DNA of 64,000 nucleotides from Escherichia coli (GTDB lineage Bacteria; Pseudomonadota; Gammaproteobacteria; Enterobacterales; Enterobacteriaceae): NCBI RefSeq assembly GCF_003018115.1, contig NZ_CP027457.1; one strand, 5' to 3'. Shown piece by piece: positions 17,742 to 30,590 of this stretch (position 1 is its first letter; each line of letters starts with the position of its first letter). The notes under the pieces were generated by a model. It saw only the letters and a program-made list of their open reading frames with translations, ran no database searches and was not told where the DNA came from. The position numbers and the translations under genes were made by a program.

Positions 17742-19331
17742 TCAGCTCAACGCCAGTAGCTGACGCGTATACTCCTGCTGCGGTATGGCAAACACGCGCG
17801 CGCACGGTCCTTGTTCCACTACTTCCCCTTGTCGCAGTACGATAACCTGATGACATAACGCGCGGACAACGTGCAAATCATGGCTGATAAACAAATAGGC
17901 CAGTTGATGCTTTTGTTGCAATGATTTCAATAGCGTCAATATTTGCGCCTGTACCGTTTTGTCGAGTGATGATGTCGGTTCATCAAGTATGATCAGCGAG
18001 GGCTTAAGAATTAATGCCCTGGCAATCGCAATACGTTGTCGCTGACCACCAGAGAACTCCGCCGGATAACGGTGGCGTGTTTCAGGATCTAATCCCACTT
18101 CATGCATCACGGCTATCACTTGTTGTTCGCGTTGTGCGGCAGATAGCGTCGGCTGGTGAACCCGTAAGCCTTCCTCAATAATCTGCAAAACGTTGAGTCG
18201 TGGGTTGAGCGAGGAGTTTGGATCCTGAAATACCACCTGAATGCGATGACGAATAGGTAACAGCTGGCGGCGATTTAAATTTTGCAGTGGCTGACCGTCA
18301 AAGATGATGCTGCCCTGAGAATTAATCAGTCGCAGCAGCGCCAGTCCCGTCGTGCTTTTCCCGGAACCGGACTCGCCCACTAAACCCAGTGTTTCACCCG
18401 CCCGTAACGTAAAACTGATGTTTTTCACCACCACATTATGATCCACAATGCGCTTCAAAATCCCTTTGCGAATGGGGAAGGCAACCTGAAGCTGTTCAAC
18501 ATCCAGCAACGTTGAGGCAGGTTCTGGCAATGGTACCGGGTCGCCTGACGGTTCACTGTTGAGTAGCTTTTGTGTGTAAGGATGAGTGGGTGAGGCAAAT
18601 AGCGTAGCGGCGTTATTTTGCTCGACACAGCGACCGTTTTGCATTACCGCCACGCGATGGGCCAGTTTTCTGACAATGCTGAGGTTATGAGTAATAAACA
18701 GCATACCCATATTCAGCTCGCCTTGCAGTTCGCGCAACAGCTGTAAAATCTGCGCCTGGACAGAGACGTCCAGTGCGGTGGTCGGTTCATCGGCAATTAA
18801 TAATTCCGGTCGCGTTAACAGCGCCATCGCAATCATCACCCGCTGGCGTTCGCCGCCGGAGAGCTGATGTGGATAATCTGTCAGCCGTTTTGCCGCCTGG
18901 CGGATACCAACGCGATCAAGGCAGTTAAGAATTTCGCCACGAGCCGCTTCCCGACGCATCCCGCGGTGGAGTGAAAGCACTTCATAAAGCTGTTTTTCCA
19001 GGGTATGCAATGGATTTAACGACACCATCGGCTCCTGAAAAATCATGGCGATCTTATTACCACGTACGCCGCGCAACGTTTGATCGCTGGCATGAAGCAG
19101 CGATTCGCCATGAAAACGAATATCGCCGGAGAGATATTCAACCGGCGGGGAAGGGAGCAGGCGTAAAATTGACAGCGCGGTAACGCTTTTGCCTGAACCT
19201 GACTCACCCACCAGCGCCAGCGTTTCGCCAGCCTCAATCTGTAGTGAAACATCATTTACTACTGTACGTACGGTTTGCTGATGGCGAAAACCCACCGACA
19301 AATTTTCAATCGCTAACAGAGTTTGCGTCAT
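17742..19331 (-). CDS. yejF: Peptide ABC transporter ATP-binding protein (two ABC domains)
   Basis: ORF track; probable start [15 protein letters not shown]; Walker motifs. Confidence 0.9.
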   Translation of the reverse strand: MTQTLLAIENLSVGFRHQQTVRTVVNDVSLQIEAGETLALVGESGSGKSVTALSILRLLPSPPVEYLSGDIRFHGESLLHASDQTLRGVRGNKIAMIFQEPMVSLNPLHTLEKQLYEVLSLHRGMRREAARGEILNCLDRVGIRQAAKRLTDYPHQLSGGERQRVMIAMALLTRPELLIADEPTTALDVSVQAQILQLLRELQGELNMGMLFITHNLSIVRKLAHRVAVMQNGRCVEQNNAATLFASPTHPYTQKLLNSEPSGDPVPLPEPASTLLDVEQLQVAFPIRKGILKRIVDHNVVVKNISFTLRAGETLGLVGESGSGKSTTGLALLRLINSQGSIIFDGQPLQNLNRRQLLPIRHRIQVVFQDPNSSLNPRLNVLQIIEEGLRVHQPTLSAAQREQQVIAVMHEVGLDPETRHRYPAEFSGGQRQRIAIARALILKPSLIILDEPTSSLDKTVQAQILTLLKSLQQKHQLAYLFISHDLHVVRALCHQVIVLRQGEVVEQGPCARVFAIPQQEYTRQLLALS

Positions 19332-19332
19332 G

Positions 19333-20358
19333 CTACACCGCCTTATTAGGATCAAATGCGTCGCGGACGGCTTCACCAATAAAGATCAGCAAAGACAATA
19401 ATATCGCCACCGACAAGAAGGCGGTGATCCCAAGCCACGGAGCCTGAAGGTTATTTTTCCCTTGTAACAGCAGTTCACCGAGTGACGGTGAACCGAGCGG
19501 CAGACCGAAGCCGAGGAAATCGAGTGAGGTCAGGGTGGTAATCGAACTACATAAAATAAACGGTAAAAAGGTGAGGGTCGCGACCATGGCATTTGGCAAC
19601 ATATGACGCAGGATGATACTGCGATCGCTGACGCCAAGCGCCTGCGCCGCACGAATGTAGTCGAAATTACGGGTACGTAAAAACTCCGCCCGCACCACGC
19701 CGACCAGACTCATCCAGCCAAACAAGACAGTAATTGCCAGCAGCCACCAGAAGTTAGGCTGTACGACGCTGGAAAGTAAAATAATCAAAAACAGCGTCGG
19801 CATCCCCGACCATACTTCAATAAAGCGTTGCCCCCAGAGATCGACTTTACCGCCGTAATAGCCTTGTAGCGCCCCCGCCAGCACGCCCATCACGCTGGAA
19901 CAGAGAGTCAGCATCAGGCCAAACAGAACCGAGATCCGCGTGCCATAGAGAATGCGTGCCAGCACATCGCCGCCGTTGGCATCCGTTCCCAGCCAGTTTT
20001 GCCGGGAGGGTGGAGAAGGGAAGGGCTTATCGGTAGCAAAGTTGATACTGGTAGCACCAAAGCGAATCGGTGCCCACAGTACCCAGCCATTATTTTCCAG
20101 CCGTTGTTTCAGCCACGGGTCCTGATAATCAGCCTGACTTGCCAGCGGGCCGCCAAAATCGCTTTCGCTGTAGTTTTTCAACAACGGGAAATACCAACTG
20201 CCGTCATAACGCACCAGCAACGGTTTATCGTTGGCGATAAGTTCAGAACACAAACTCAAACCAAACAAAACGAGGAAAATCCATAACGACCAGTAGCCGC
20301 GACGGTTATGGCGAAAACGCGCCCAACGGGCCTGATTGACGGGGCTGAGTCGCGACAT
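19333..20358 (-). CDS. yejE: Peptide ABC transporter permease
   Basis: ORF track 341 aa. Confidence 0.9.
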   Translation of the reverse strand: MSRLSPVNQARWARFRHNRRGYWSLWIFLVLFGLSLCSELIANDKPLLVRYDGSWYFPLLKNYSESDFGGPLASQADYQDPWLKQRLENNGWVLWAPIRFGATSINFATDKPFPSPPSRQNWLGTDANGGDVLARILYGTRISVLFGLMLTLCSSVMGVLAGALQGYYGGKVDLWGQRFIEVWSGMPTLFLIILLSSVVQPNFWWLLAITVLFGWMSLVGVVRAEFLRTRNFDYIRAAQALGVSDRSIILRHMLPNAMVATLTFLPFILCSSITTLTSLDFLGFGLPLGSPSLGELLLQGKNNLQAPWLGITAFLSVAILLSLLIFIGEAVRDAFDPNKAV

Positions 20359-21452
20359 TAACGTCCCTCAAAATCTATACGCGGATCGACCAGCGTATAG
20401 CTGATATCACTGACAATATTCAGCAGCAGGCCAATCAGGGTGAAAATATACAAGGTACCAAACATTACAGGATAATCGCGCGAGACGGTCGCTTCGTAGC
20501 CCAGTAAGCCAAGACCATTGAGTGAAAACATCACCTCAATCAGCAGCGATCCGGTAAAAAACATGCTGATAAACGTCGCCGGAAAACCGGCAATCACCAG
20601 CAGCATGGCGTTGCGGAACACATGTTTCCAGAGAATATTTTTTTCACTTACCCCTTTCGCACGCGCGGTCACCACGTATTGCTTGCGCACTTCATCAAGG
20701 AATGAGTTTTTTGTCAGCATAGTCAGCGCCGCAAAGCCACCAATCACCGTCGCCAGCACCGGCAGCGTGATATGCCACAGATAATCGGTGATTTTCTGAT
20801 ACCACGGCAGCGAATCAAAGTTAGCGGAAACCAGGCCGCGTAGAGGGAACAGGTCGAAATAGCTGCCGCCTGCGAAGAAGACAATCAGCAGGATGGCAAA
20901 CAAAAAGGCCGGAATGGCGTAGCCGATGATGATAAATGCGCTACTCCAGACGTCAAAGCGGCTCCCATTATAAACAGCTTTGCGAATGCCTAACGGAATC
21001 GACACCAGATAGATAATCAGCGTGCTCCATAATCCGAGGGTGATGGAAACCGGCAGACTGTCTTTAATCAGCGTCAGCACCGAGGCGCTGCGAAACAGGC
21101 TATCGCCAAAATCAAAGCGGATGTAGTCCCAGAGCATTTTGAAGTAACGTTCGTGGATCGGCTTATCGAAACCGTAGCGATGAGTGATCTCGGCGATCAC
21201 TTCTGGATCTAATCCGCGTCCGCCACGGTAATTACTGTCGCTGATATTACCGACGCCCGTTTGCGCATGGCTGGCGCGAACGCCTTCACCGCCTGCGCCG
21301 GGTAATACTCCGGCATTACCAAACTCAATGGCGGCGATGGCCTGGTCGACCGGACCGCCAGGCGCAATTTGCACGATGAAAAAGTTGATAGTGATAATCG
21401 CCCATAACGTTGGGATCACCAGCAACAGACGGCGAATCAGATAAGCGCCCAT
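20358..21452 (-). CDS. yejB: Peptide ABC transporter permease
   Basis: ORF track 364 aa. Confidence 0.9.
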
Positions 21453-23273
21453 CTACTCTCCCTGATGTCTGGCTGACGGCAGTTTGGCCGCTTTATTAAC
21501 GTCATACCACCAGGTATCGATACCCAGGCTGTAAACAGGGCGTACAGCGGGTTGGGAGAATTTATCCCACCAGGCGAGACGGTCTTCCGCCATGTACCAC
21601 ATTGGCAGCATGTAATAATTCCACGTTAATACGCGATCCAGTGCTCGCCCCAACGGCAGTAATTTTTCTTTATTTCCCTGCGCGGCAATAATTTGGTTGA
21701 TCAGCGAGTCGATAACCGGGCTTTGCACGCCGGGGGCATTATAAGTGGAATTGATATATTCCGATGACCAGGAAATCTGTAAATCGGAACTGGGCCACGG
21801 CATCGCCCGCCATAGGCGCGGCATCATGTCATAGTCGCGACTGCGCATGCGGTTGGTGATTTGCGAGTTATCCACCTTGCGAATGTCCATGTTGATACCC
21901 AGCCGTTGCAGGCTGTGCTGGAACGGCAATACCCACTGACTATTGCTGCTTGCGGGAAGCAATAATTCAAAGCTGAGTGGCTGACCCGTTGTGGCATTAA
22001 CGCGTTTCTGACCCTTCAGCACCCAGCCCGCTTCGTTGAGAAGTTTGTCGGCTTTTAACAGGTTGTCACGATCGTAGCCATCGCCTTTAGATACCGGCGG
22101 CTGGTAGATTTGTGTGAAGACTTCTGACGGTAGATCTTTTTTCATTGGTGCCAGAAGCACCAGCTCCGCGGCGTCGGGGTAATTTCTGGCCGCGTATTCG
22201 GTAGTCTGAAAATAACTGTTCGTGCGACTCCAGGCATTGTAAAACAACGCCTTGTTCATCCATTCAAAGTCAAAGGCGAGGGTGATTGCTTCCCGGACCC
22301 GGCGATCGCTGAATACCGGACGTTGGATATTAAACGCCAGCCAGCGCGTATCCTGGGCTGATTCGTTCTTTTGCTCATCTTTGATGATGTATTTTTTATC
22401 GAAATTTTTACCGGTATAACGCGTGGCCCAGTTTTTAGCGTCGTTTTCCATACGCAAATCAAAAGCACCTGCTTTAAACGCTTCAAAGGCGACATTATCA
22501 TCGAGGTAATAATCGTAGCGAATGGTGTCGAAATTCCAGCGTCCACGGTTTACCGGTAAGTTTGCTGCCCAGTAATCTTTCACGCGGGAATAGACAATAT
22601 TTTGCCCCATTTTCCAGGACGTAATTCGGTACGGACCACTGGCAAGCGGAGGCGTGGCGAGCGGATCGCTAAGTTTGTGATCCTTCCAGTACTTTTCTGG
22701 AAATACCGGCAGCGAAAACAGACTCAACATATCTTCTTTGCCGGGTTTAGCTAACTCAATGCGCACGGTTAACGGCGCAATGGCTTTGACGGTGGTGCCT
22801 TTGTAGACCAGACGAAATTGCGGCACGCCTTCAGTCATAAATTTTTGAAAAGTAAACTCTACATCGCGGGCAGTAATGGGCGAACCATCATGAAAACGGG
22901 CGCGCGGATTAATAGCGACCTCCACCCAGGAATAATCGTCAGCATAGCGTGCGCTTTCAGCAATCAGCGGGTAATAACTGCCTGGTTCGTCATCGGAAGT
23001 CGTAAATAGCGTGTCGTACAGCTGCTCGGTGCGTGCGCCCGGGTTGCCGCGCAGTGCATAGCGGTTGAAATTATCGAAGGTACCGAGGGCTGACAACGTT
23101 ATCTGCCCACCTTTTGGCGCGGCGGGGTTCACATAATCAAAATGGTTGAAATTAAACGCGTACCGGGGTTCGCCCAGCACGGCAAAGGCATAGCTTTCCT
23201 TGATAGCCTGCGCCTGCGCACCAAAGGTGAACAGAGCGATAAACAGCAGCAGTATGCGCACAATCATCTGCAA
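21453..23273 (-). CDS. yejA: Peptide ABC transporter periplasmic binding protein
   Basis: ORF track 606 aa (true start probably 2 codons in). Confidence 0.9.
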
Positions 23274-23348
23274 CGGATTTCCTTTTACTCATCATTAGCC
23301 GCAATCCGGCATGCTTTCACTATGAATAATAAGGGACGTAAGCACACC

Positions 23349-24905
23349 TTACCACTGCGGCGTATACGGTTTCTTCAGCCAGCGGACAAAATCGTCCAGC
23401 GGTAACGGGCGACTAATCCAGTAGCCTTGCATGAAATTAACGCCGCGTTCGCTTAGCCATCGCGCTTGTTCCGGCGTTTCGACCCCTTCAGCAACTGTCA
23501 GCATATTGAGACGTTTCGCCAGCGTCAGCACCGCGTCAAGTACGGGTGAAGTGATCGTTTCCGTACCGATGGCGTTGATAAATCCACGGTCAATTTTCAG
23601 ATAATCGAGCGTAAAACGCTCAAGATAGATAAGCGCGCTGTGCCCGGTGCCGAAGTCATCAATAGCAATTTCTACGCCGACCGAGTGCAGCCAGGCGAAG
23701 AGTTGTGTGGCTTCTTGCTCTTTCAGCATATCGCGCTCGGTAATTTCCAGCACAATCTGGAAATGGTGTGCGGGCAGGGAAGTGAGCAGTTTCTGGATAT
23801 CTGCTTTAAAGCTTTCGCTGTGCAGATGGTCCGGCGCAATGTTAATGCCAAATTTGACGCCTACCGGCAGTACTTTTTCTAATTCTGCGGCATCGCGGGC
23901 AATCAACTCAAACAGGTGCTGAGTCAGCGGCACAATCATCTTTTGCGATTCGGCAAAGTTAATGAAGGCATCCGGGGGAACTTCTCCCGCTACAGGATGC
24001 CGCCAGCGTAGCAGTACTTCCAGGCCCGTTACTCGCAAAGCTTGTGTATCCACCACCGGTTGATACGCCACGTAAAATTGTTCGCGCTTGATGGCGGTCA
24101 TGATTTCTCTGCCGGGGCGCATACGTACGCTCATCAGGTAATAGCAGAGCAGGCCAACGACAGTTCCACTCATGCCGCCCAGTAAAAATGCGTACCACAC
24201 ATCGTTCCATGTCCAGTCATCCGCATAAAGCCGAACGGTCAGAGGAATGCCCGCAATTTTAGTTTCACGGACCGGCATGTCGGTTAATTCATTAACGTTC
24301 ATCAAACGTGAAGAAAAGGTAGATAGCGCAGTATTGCCAATAATGAGGGCGACGCCATCGTAATCTTCCTGCCGTGAACTATAAAAGAGAGAAGGCGTCA
24401 GGTTGAGATTCAGAGCGGCAAACACACCGCTATTTTTCAGCAAAGGGTTGCGATACCAGATGACGATTGCGGGTTTGTTCGGCACCATCGGCGTGCCGGG
24501 TAAGATCGCCATATCGACGTTTTTATTAATGTCGAGCGCCGGAATCAATTCATTGAGTGGAATGTCCATCTCACCAGTCGCAGATGAACAGAATGTTTTT
24601 TTATCTTTCACCAGCACAAACGTACGGACATTCATGCTAAACGCCGCGCGAGCGGTCAGTTCGGGGTTAGCCTGCTGGCAGGTATCTAAGGTCAGCGGCT
24701 GAAGCCGGTCAGTAGTGGATTTCAGGTCGGCAAAATAGGTATCGAGATACTTTTGTACGTCGATAATCAGTTTGTCGTATTTGACTTCGTGCTTATGCCA
24801 GGCCACTAAAAATTGAAGGCAACTCACCAGTATCGCAATCATCACGCCTGCAACAATGCAGGTAAGCAGGAGCTTACGTCCAGAATTGGGAGCGCGTATG
24901 AACAT
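23349..24905 (-). CDS. pdeN: c-di-GMP phosphodiesterase PdeN (Rtn), EAL domain
   Basis: ORF track 518 aa; EAL-domain motifs. Confidence 0.9.
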   Translation of the reverse strand: MFIRAPNSGRKLLLTCIVAGVMIAILVSCLQFLVAWHKHEVKYDKLIIDVQKYLDTYFADLKSTTDRLQPLTLDTCQQANPELTARAAFSMNVRTFVLVKDKKTFCSSATGEMDIPLNELIPALDINKNVDMAILPGTPMVPNKPAIVIWYRNPLLKNSGVFAALNLNLTPSLFYSSRQEDYDGVALIIGNTALSTFSSRLMNVNELTDMPVRETKIAGIPLTVRLYADDWTWNDVWYAFLLGGMSGTVVGLLCYYLMSVRMRPGREIMTAIKREQFYVAYQPVVDTQALRVTGLEVLLRWRHPVAGEVPPDAFINFAESQKMIVPLTQHLFELIARDAAELEKVLPVGVKFGINIAPDHLHSESFKADIQKLLTSLPAHHFQIVLEITERDMLKEQEATQLFAWLHSVGVEIAIDDFGTGHSALIYLERFTLDYLKIDRGFINAIGTETITSPVLDAVLTLAKRLNMLTVAEGVETPEQARWLSERGVNFMQGYWISRPLPLDDFVRWLKKPYTPQW

Positions 24906-25085
24906 GATTCCGTTAATTTCCTGAAATTACGACAACATTTAAAAGATAACAATGACCGGACTATAGCCTGGATCAAGACGCGGAAACATCATTTTCTCTG
25001 ATGAATGAAAACAAAAAAGCACTGCCTAAGCAGTGCTTTCAGTTAACTCGTCAGGATAGCCAAGGGATTGCATCCAAACGGTTTA

Positions 25086-25652
25086 TTAGCTGCGGCTGAG
25101 AACCCGGCGTGCTTCGTTGTAACGCTTCTTCCAGTACGGTTCATTCATGCTGGAAATAATAACACCACTGCTGGTGGAAGCATGGACAAACTGATTGTTG
25201 CCGATATAAATACCGACATGGCGTCCCGTCGAACCGGCACGGAACAGAACTAAATCACCCGTACGCAAATTACTGCGAGAAACAGATTTACCCATTTCCT
25301 GCTGTTCGTAAGTCGAACGCGGAAGTTCTAAGCCAAATTGCTCACGGAATGTACGCTGTACGAAACCAGAACAATCGATACCTTTTTTAGTGCTGCCGCC
25401 CAGACGATAACGTACGCCTTTCCAGTCAGCATACTGATCCATAATTCGCGATTTTACGTCGACATTACGAACCAGGTTTTCAAATTCATCCTGAGAAGCT
25501 TGCAGTGATGATGTTTCACTACCCACTGCACGTGTCTCAGGATGCATATTCTTTGCGGTGTTATTTGCACTACATGCAGAAAGCAGAACCGCTACTGCAA
25601 TCGCGGGGATCCCGCGCAAGATATATCTCAAAATCGGTTGAGATTTGACCAT
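25086..25652 (-). CDS. mepS: Murein DD-endopeptidase MepS (Spr), NlpC/P60 lipoprotein
   Basis: ORF track 188 aa. Confidence 0.95.
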
Positions 25653-26063
25653 GTTGTTTGTTTTCCCTTGAAGTCCTTAACGACAAATATCGTTATAAAA
25701 AAATGCCAAGCGACACGAGACTAATTACCTGGGCATGTTGAAACAATTCCTTAAGGCCAAATCTGTGGACTAACGCACAAAATTATATGCTGTGAGGATA
25801 ATCTACCGCCGAGGCAAAACGAGTTCGAGATTACCCGATTGGTGCGGTCTTGGCGAGCGGTTTTACATGATTTTTTATAAGAAAAAGTGATACAGAAAGT
25901 TAATAAGCGGGATTGGTCAATTAAAGTACGATTGAGTGAAACGCATGCAATCCATTCATTTACTTAGAGAATGATTTTTGCTTTCGATGGATGAAAGCAC
26001 GGTGCGCATCATCAGGATTATCCTCACTATAAAAATAAACCTGATGATGTTAATTACTGTGAG

Positions 26064-26777
26064 TTATTTGTTTTGGAAATGTTTGTTTTTTCCCGGTAGT
26101 GATTTGTCAAAAAAGGTGATTAATCGATCACTTAATGGCGTCAGCAACACCCAGGGCAAACCGATCAATATCACGGTCATCGAACCGACAATGATGTCAG
26201 TAAACCAGTGTGCGCCAATCATTACTCTGGGAAACGCAAAAACCACAAAAATAATAAGGGCGATAAGACCTGCAACTTTGCCGAAATAACGCCACATGAA
26301 TGCCGAAAAAATAAGCAGCATCATGCCGTGATCGCCGGGAAAGCTATCTCGTGAGGCATCTTTCGTGGGGACAGAGAGCAGTTCGCTGACGCGGTTAATA
26401 TCGGCAAAAGTCAATGTTGGGCTGGCCCGTTTTACAGGAATTAATGCCTGACCCAGCTGGTTTAATACCACTGCAGTTAATAGCATGACCAGACCAATAA
26501 TCACGATACGTCGTCTGCCTGGGGCGTTTTCTTTCAGCCAGAAACTCAGCATCAACATTCCCATCGCCAGCAGTGAACAACCGTCGAAAGCGCGATTGTT
26601 GGTCAATGCAACCAGCCATAAAAAGGCCTTACTTTCGACCAGTTTCTGATTAAAGAAATAAAAAATATCCGCATCAATCGGCAACCAGAACCCATGATTA
26701 ACGGGAATATACCAGGAAAGAAACAGCGCGAGGCCGACAATATTCAACAACACTATTTGCGGCAAATTTTTAATCAT
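26064..26777 (-). CDS. lpxT: Lipid A 1-diphosphate synthase LpxT (YeiU)
   Basis: ORF track frame; probable start MIKNLPQIVLL (237 aa). Confidence 0.85.
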   Translation of the reverse strand: MIKNLPQIVLLNIVGLALFLSWYIPVNHGFWLPIDADIFYFFNQKLVESKAFLWLVALTNNRAFDGCSLLAMGMLMLSFWLKENAPGRRRIVIIGLVMLLTAVVLNQLGQALIPVKRASPTLTFADINRVSELLSVPTKDASRDSFPGDHGMMLLIFSAFMWRYFGKVAGLIALIIFVVFAFPRVMIGAHWFTDIIVGSMTVILIGLPWVLLTPLSDRLITFFDKSLPGKNKHFQNK

Positions 26778-26815
26778 ATTTTCTCTAATTATCTTACTGA
26801 AAAACGCAGGCAACC

Positions 26816-27802
26816 TTACGCGGTAGTCGCTAAACGAAGCTTCAACAGCGCGCTCTGCAAGGCATTCCAGTCAGCTTCGCTGCTGGAAATCAGCTCAATA
26901 CGGCTGTCCGGTGGCGCAACGTTTTGCGTTTCAATGTGCAGGTCATCGCCCTGACGGTTGATTCGCACCAGCCCTTCGGGAATACGCAGCACGCCTTTGA
27001 CGCGTTCCACCGGTGCAAGTCGCGCCCATTCCAGAATGCCAATGGTGTCGAATACCGTATCAGCGTCGAATATCCAGCCGCAGGCCTGATGTCCTTGTCC
27101 ACTGTTCAGACTGCGACGCCAGCGTTGATGCTCTGGCAGGCTTAACGCTGCTAACCCTTTTTTCACGACATGCTGATGAGAATGCGCGGCGCTGGCGGGC
27201 AACTCGGCTAAATTGCGACGCGGCAAATCCAGAAGATGACCGTCAACTTTCCCATGCTCACTGTGAATTAATTGCCGATCGCCACCATTTTGCTGCCACC
27301 AGCGCTGTAGCGCTTGCTCGCTTTCAGGTGTCGCACGGTCGGATTTATTGGCGACAATGATGTCTGCGGCAGCCAGCTGGTCACGGAAGTTTTCATTGCT
27401 GGCGCTTTTTTCGTCCAGCAGCAGGCGTGGATCGAGAATGCACAACGTGGCGCGTAGATCTATCCACGGTTCATAGACTGGTGCGGTTAAGAGATCGAGG
27501 ATCTGTTTCGGATGGCCCAGCCCGGTCGGCTCTATCAACAAGCGGTCTGGTTTTCCCTGACGCAGTAAGGTATTCAACCCTACCTGCATGGGTAAACCAT
27601 TAACGCAGCACATGCAGCCGCCGGGGATCTCTTTCAGCAGTGCGCCGCTATCGGCGAGCAAAGCACCATCAATTCCGACTTCCCCAAATTCATTAACCAG
27701 TACCGCCCATTTTTCGTTGGGATCTTTATGGGCTAACAGATGAAGAATCGACGTAGTTTTCCCGCTGCCGAGAAAACCGGTGATGAGGTTGGTCCTGGTC
27801 AC
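26816..27802 (-). CDS. yeiR: Zinc-binding GTPase YeiR (CobW/COG0523 family)
   Basis: ORF track 328 aa; GxxGxGKT P-loop. Confidence 0.9.
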   Translation of the reverse strand: MTRTNLITGFLGSGKTTSILHLLAHKDPNEKWAVLVNEFGEVGIDGALLADSGALLKEIPGGCMCCVNGLPMQVGLNTLLRQGKPDRLLIEPTGLGHPKQILDLLTAPVYEPWIDLRATLCILDPRLLLDEKSASNENFRDQLAAADIIVANKSDRATPESEQALQRWWQQNGGDRQLIHSEHGKVDGHLLDLPRRNLAELPASAAHSHQHVVKKGLAALSLPEHQRWRRSLNSGQGHQACGWIFDADTVFDTIGILEWARLAPVERVKGVLRIPEGLVRINRQGDDLHIETQNVAPPDSRIELISSSEADWNALQSALLKLRLATTA

Positions 27803-27919
27803 AACGGCTCCGCAATACTCTGGTAAGTTAACTGAGCGTTAATCCTGGCTAAAAACGGCAGAAAAGAGAAGGGGAGAGCGGACGAAGGCGAGCTTCATCC
27901 GCTTTAACCGCAGAAATCG

Positions 27920-29395
27920 TTAAATTTTGAGGGTGTTTAATAGCGCCTGATGCGCGCCGAATTGTGCGATTTGTTGCCAGGCTTGTTCGATGGCCTGCAC
28001 AAAATGCGGGTTATCTGGCAGATCATCACCGAAAACTTCACGCAGGGAAAGCAGGGCGGTGACGCGTTGTTCACTGCTGCTGCCCGCAACAAGTTCGCGA
28101 ATTTTATCGCTAAGCGGATCGCGAACATCAATGGCATTTCCGGCATCATCAACGCCGCTGACGTAACGCATCCAGCCTGCAACGCCTAATGCCAGCAACG
28201 ACCAGTCCGTTTCGCGCCCCAGATGTATGCGAATACCTGCCAGCATGCGTTGCGGTAATTTCTGGCTGCCATCCATCGCGATTTGCCAGGTCTTATGTTT
28301 CAGCGCCGGATTAGCAAAACGTGCAATTAACTTATCCGCATATTGTGTTAAATCGACATCTTTAATCCGCAGTGTCGGCGCTTGCTCATCCAGCATTAAT
28401 GTTCTGGCGGCATGGCGAAATGCGCGATCCTGCATGCAATCACTGATATGGGCGAATCCTGAGAGGTAACCCAGATAAGCGAGAAAAGAGTGGCTGCCAT
28501 TAAGCATCCGCAGTTTCATCTCTTCCCATGGCAGGACATCATTCACCATTTGTACACCTGCGACTTCCCAGGCAGGACGCCCAGCGACGAAGTTATCTTC
28601 CACCACCCACTGGATAAACGGTTCGCAGCTAATCGCGCAGGGATCATTTACCCCCAGATGCTGGCTGATTTCTGCCAGTGATTCGGCGGTTGCAGCCGGA
28701 ACAATGCGGTCGACCATGGTTCCCGGAAAACTGACGTGTTCTTTTATCCACCCGGCGAGTTCTGGCGAACGTTTTTCTGCCATTCCCAGCACCGCGTTTT
28801 TCACCACATGGCCATTGTCGGGAATATTGTCGCAGGAGAGCACGGTAAACGGTGTAAGGCCGCGCTCACGGCGGCGTTTCAGTGCTTCGACGAGAATACC
28901 TGGCGCGGAGTGAGGTTCTTCAGGGGTTTGTAGATCGTGAATAATCCGCGGATTGCTGGTGTCGAGTGCACCGGTGGCCGGGTCAATACAATAGCCTTTT
29001 TCGGTAATCGTCAGGGAAACAATTGCCACCTGTGGCTCGCAAAATTTCTCAATAATTGCCGCTAAGGAATCCAGTTTTGCATTCAGGCATTCGTGAACGG
29101 CACCGACGATTATCGCCTGATTGCCGTCCGCCCCTTTCTCCAGCACGGTATATAAATGGTTCTGTGCGCGGAGCTGGCTCATCAGTTGATCACCGCTGAA
29201 CAAGCTGATTTCACAGATCCCCCAGTCGCCGCCCTGGGCATTCAGCACACGATCGGTCAGTAACGCCTGATGTGCGCGGTGAAAGGCTCCAAAGCCAAAA
29301 TGAACGATACGTGATTGCAACTGCTGGCGATCGTAGCGTGGAGCGTGTACATGATGCGGGAGCGTAACGGAGGCGATTGTATTCATAGGAGTCAC
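27920..29395 (-). CDS. yeiQ: Mannitol dehydrogenase-family oxidoreductase YeiQ
   Basis: ORF track 491 aa. Confidence 0.9.
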   Translation of the reverse strand: MTPMNTIASVTLPHHVHAPRYDRQQLQSRIVHFGFGAFHRAHQALLTDRVLNAQGGDWGICEISLFSGDQLMSQLRAQNHLYTVLEKGADGNQAIIVGAVHECLNAKLDSLAAIIEKFCEPQVAIVSLTITEKGYCIDPATGALDTSNPRIIHDLQTPEEPHSAPGILVEALKRRRERGLTPFTVLSCDNIPDNGHVVKNAVLGMAEKRSPELAGWIKEHVSFPGTMVDRIVPAATAESLAEISQHLGVNDPCAISCEPFIQWVVEDNFVAGRPAWEVAGVQMVNDVLPWEEMKLRMLNGSHSFLAYLGYLSGFAHISDCMQDRAFRHAARTLMLDEQAPTLRIKDVDLTQYADKLIARFANPALKHKTWQIAMDGSQKLPQRMLAGIRIHLGRETDWSLLALGVAGWMRYVSGVDDAGNAIDVRDPLSDKIRELVAGSSSEQRVTALLSLREVFGDDLPDNPHFVQAIEQAWQQIAQFGAHQALLNTLKI

Positions 29396-29608
29396 GTCTT
29401 AGTAACGATTAATTAACAATGACAGTGTAAAGTTATATGACAGCAATTGAAATTGGTCTGGATTGTTAATGCGATGAAGTGTGAGGGCGATCAATCAACG
29501 AGTGAAAATTGCGGGCATAAGGTGTTCAGGAAGCGCAAAATAGAAGATTGGTATAATAAATTAAAAAAGGGACAGCCTGAGCTATCCCTTTTCTGCATGC
29601 GGCTGAAG

Positions 29609-30181
29609 TTAGTCAGCACGCCCCATATAACGGCGTTCTTCGATATGGATACGAATTTTTTCGCCCGGGCTTAAGTATTCTGGTACCTGAATCACCAGAC
29701 CAGTGCTCAATGTCGCCGGTTTGTTACGGGCGCTGGCAGATGCCCCTTTGATGCCTGGTGCGGTTTCAACGATTTCCAGATCAACGGTCTGCGGCAGCTC
29801 AAGCGCCAGCAGTTGACCGTCCCAGGTCAGCACCTGCATGTCCGGCATGCCGCCTTCTGGCATAAACAGCAACTCTTCTTCAATCTGATCTTTGGTGAAG
29901 GTATACGGGGTATAGTCTTCTTTATCCATAAAGACATATTCGTTGCCATCGACATAGGAGAAGTCAACGTAACGGCGGGTCAGCGTCACGGTGTCAACGA
30001 TATCATCTCCTTTGAAACGCTCTTCTACTTTCAGCCCGGTACGGACATCAGAAAAACGCATTTTGTACAGCGTAGCGGCACCGCGGGCAGTGGGCGACTG
30101 AATATCAATGTCCTTAACCAGCAGCAGTTTGCCGTTGTAATTCAGTACCATACCTTTTTTAATTTCGTTCGCTCTTGGCAT
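29609..30181 (-). CDS. yeiP: Elongation factor P-like protein YeiP (EfpL)
   Basis: ORF track frame; true start [15 protein letters not shown] (190 aa). Confidence 0.9.
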
Positions 30182-30335
30182 CGAAAAATTCCTGTAGTCG
30201 AAAATGTCAAAAATATCGCGACAAAGTACTCGCGACGGGCCTTTCGGGCAAGTGGTATTCGCACTTTTGCTGGTGCAAAAAAGGTGGTACTGTGCGCGCT
30301 CATCAATCCGGTGGTTAACCTTAAGAGAACAACGT

Positions 30336-30590
30336 ATGGAATGCCGTCCGGGTTGCGGGGCGTGTTGCACTGCCCCTTCAATTTCCAGCCCTATTCCCGG
30401 TATGCCAGATGGCAAGCCCGCCAATACGCCCTGCATTCAGCTTGATGAACAGCAACGCTGTAAAATTTTCACCTCGCCACTGCGGCCGAAAGTCTGTGCA
30501 GGCTTACAAGCCAGCGCTGAAATGTGCGGTAACTCGCGTCAGCAGGCAATGACCTGGCTTATCGATCTGGAAATGCTGACCGCGCCTTAA
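30336..30590 (+). CDS. yeiW: Cysteine-rich small protein YeiW (UPF0153)
   Basis: ORF track frame; start [11 protein letters not shown] (84 aa). Confidence 0.8.
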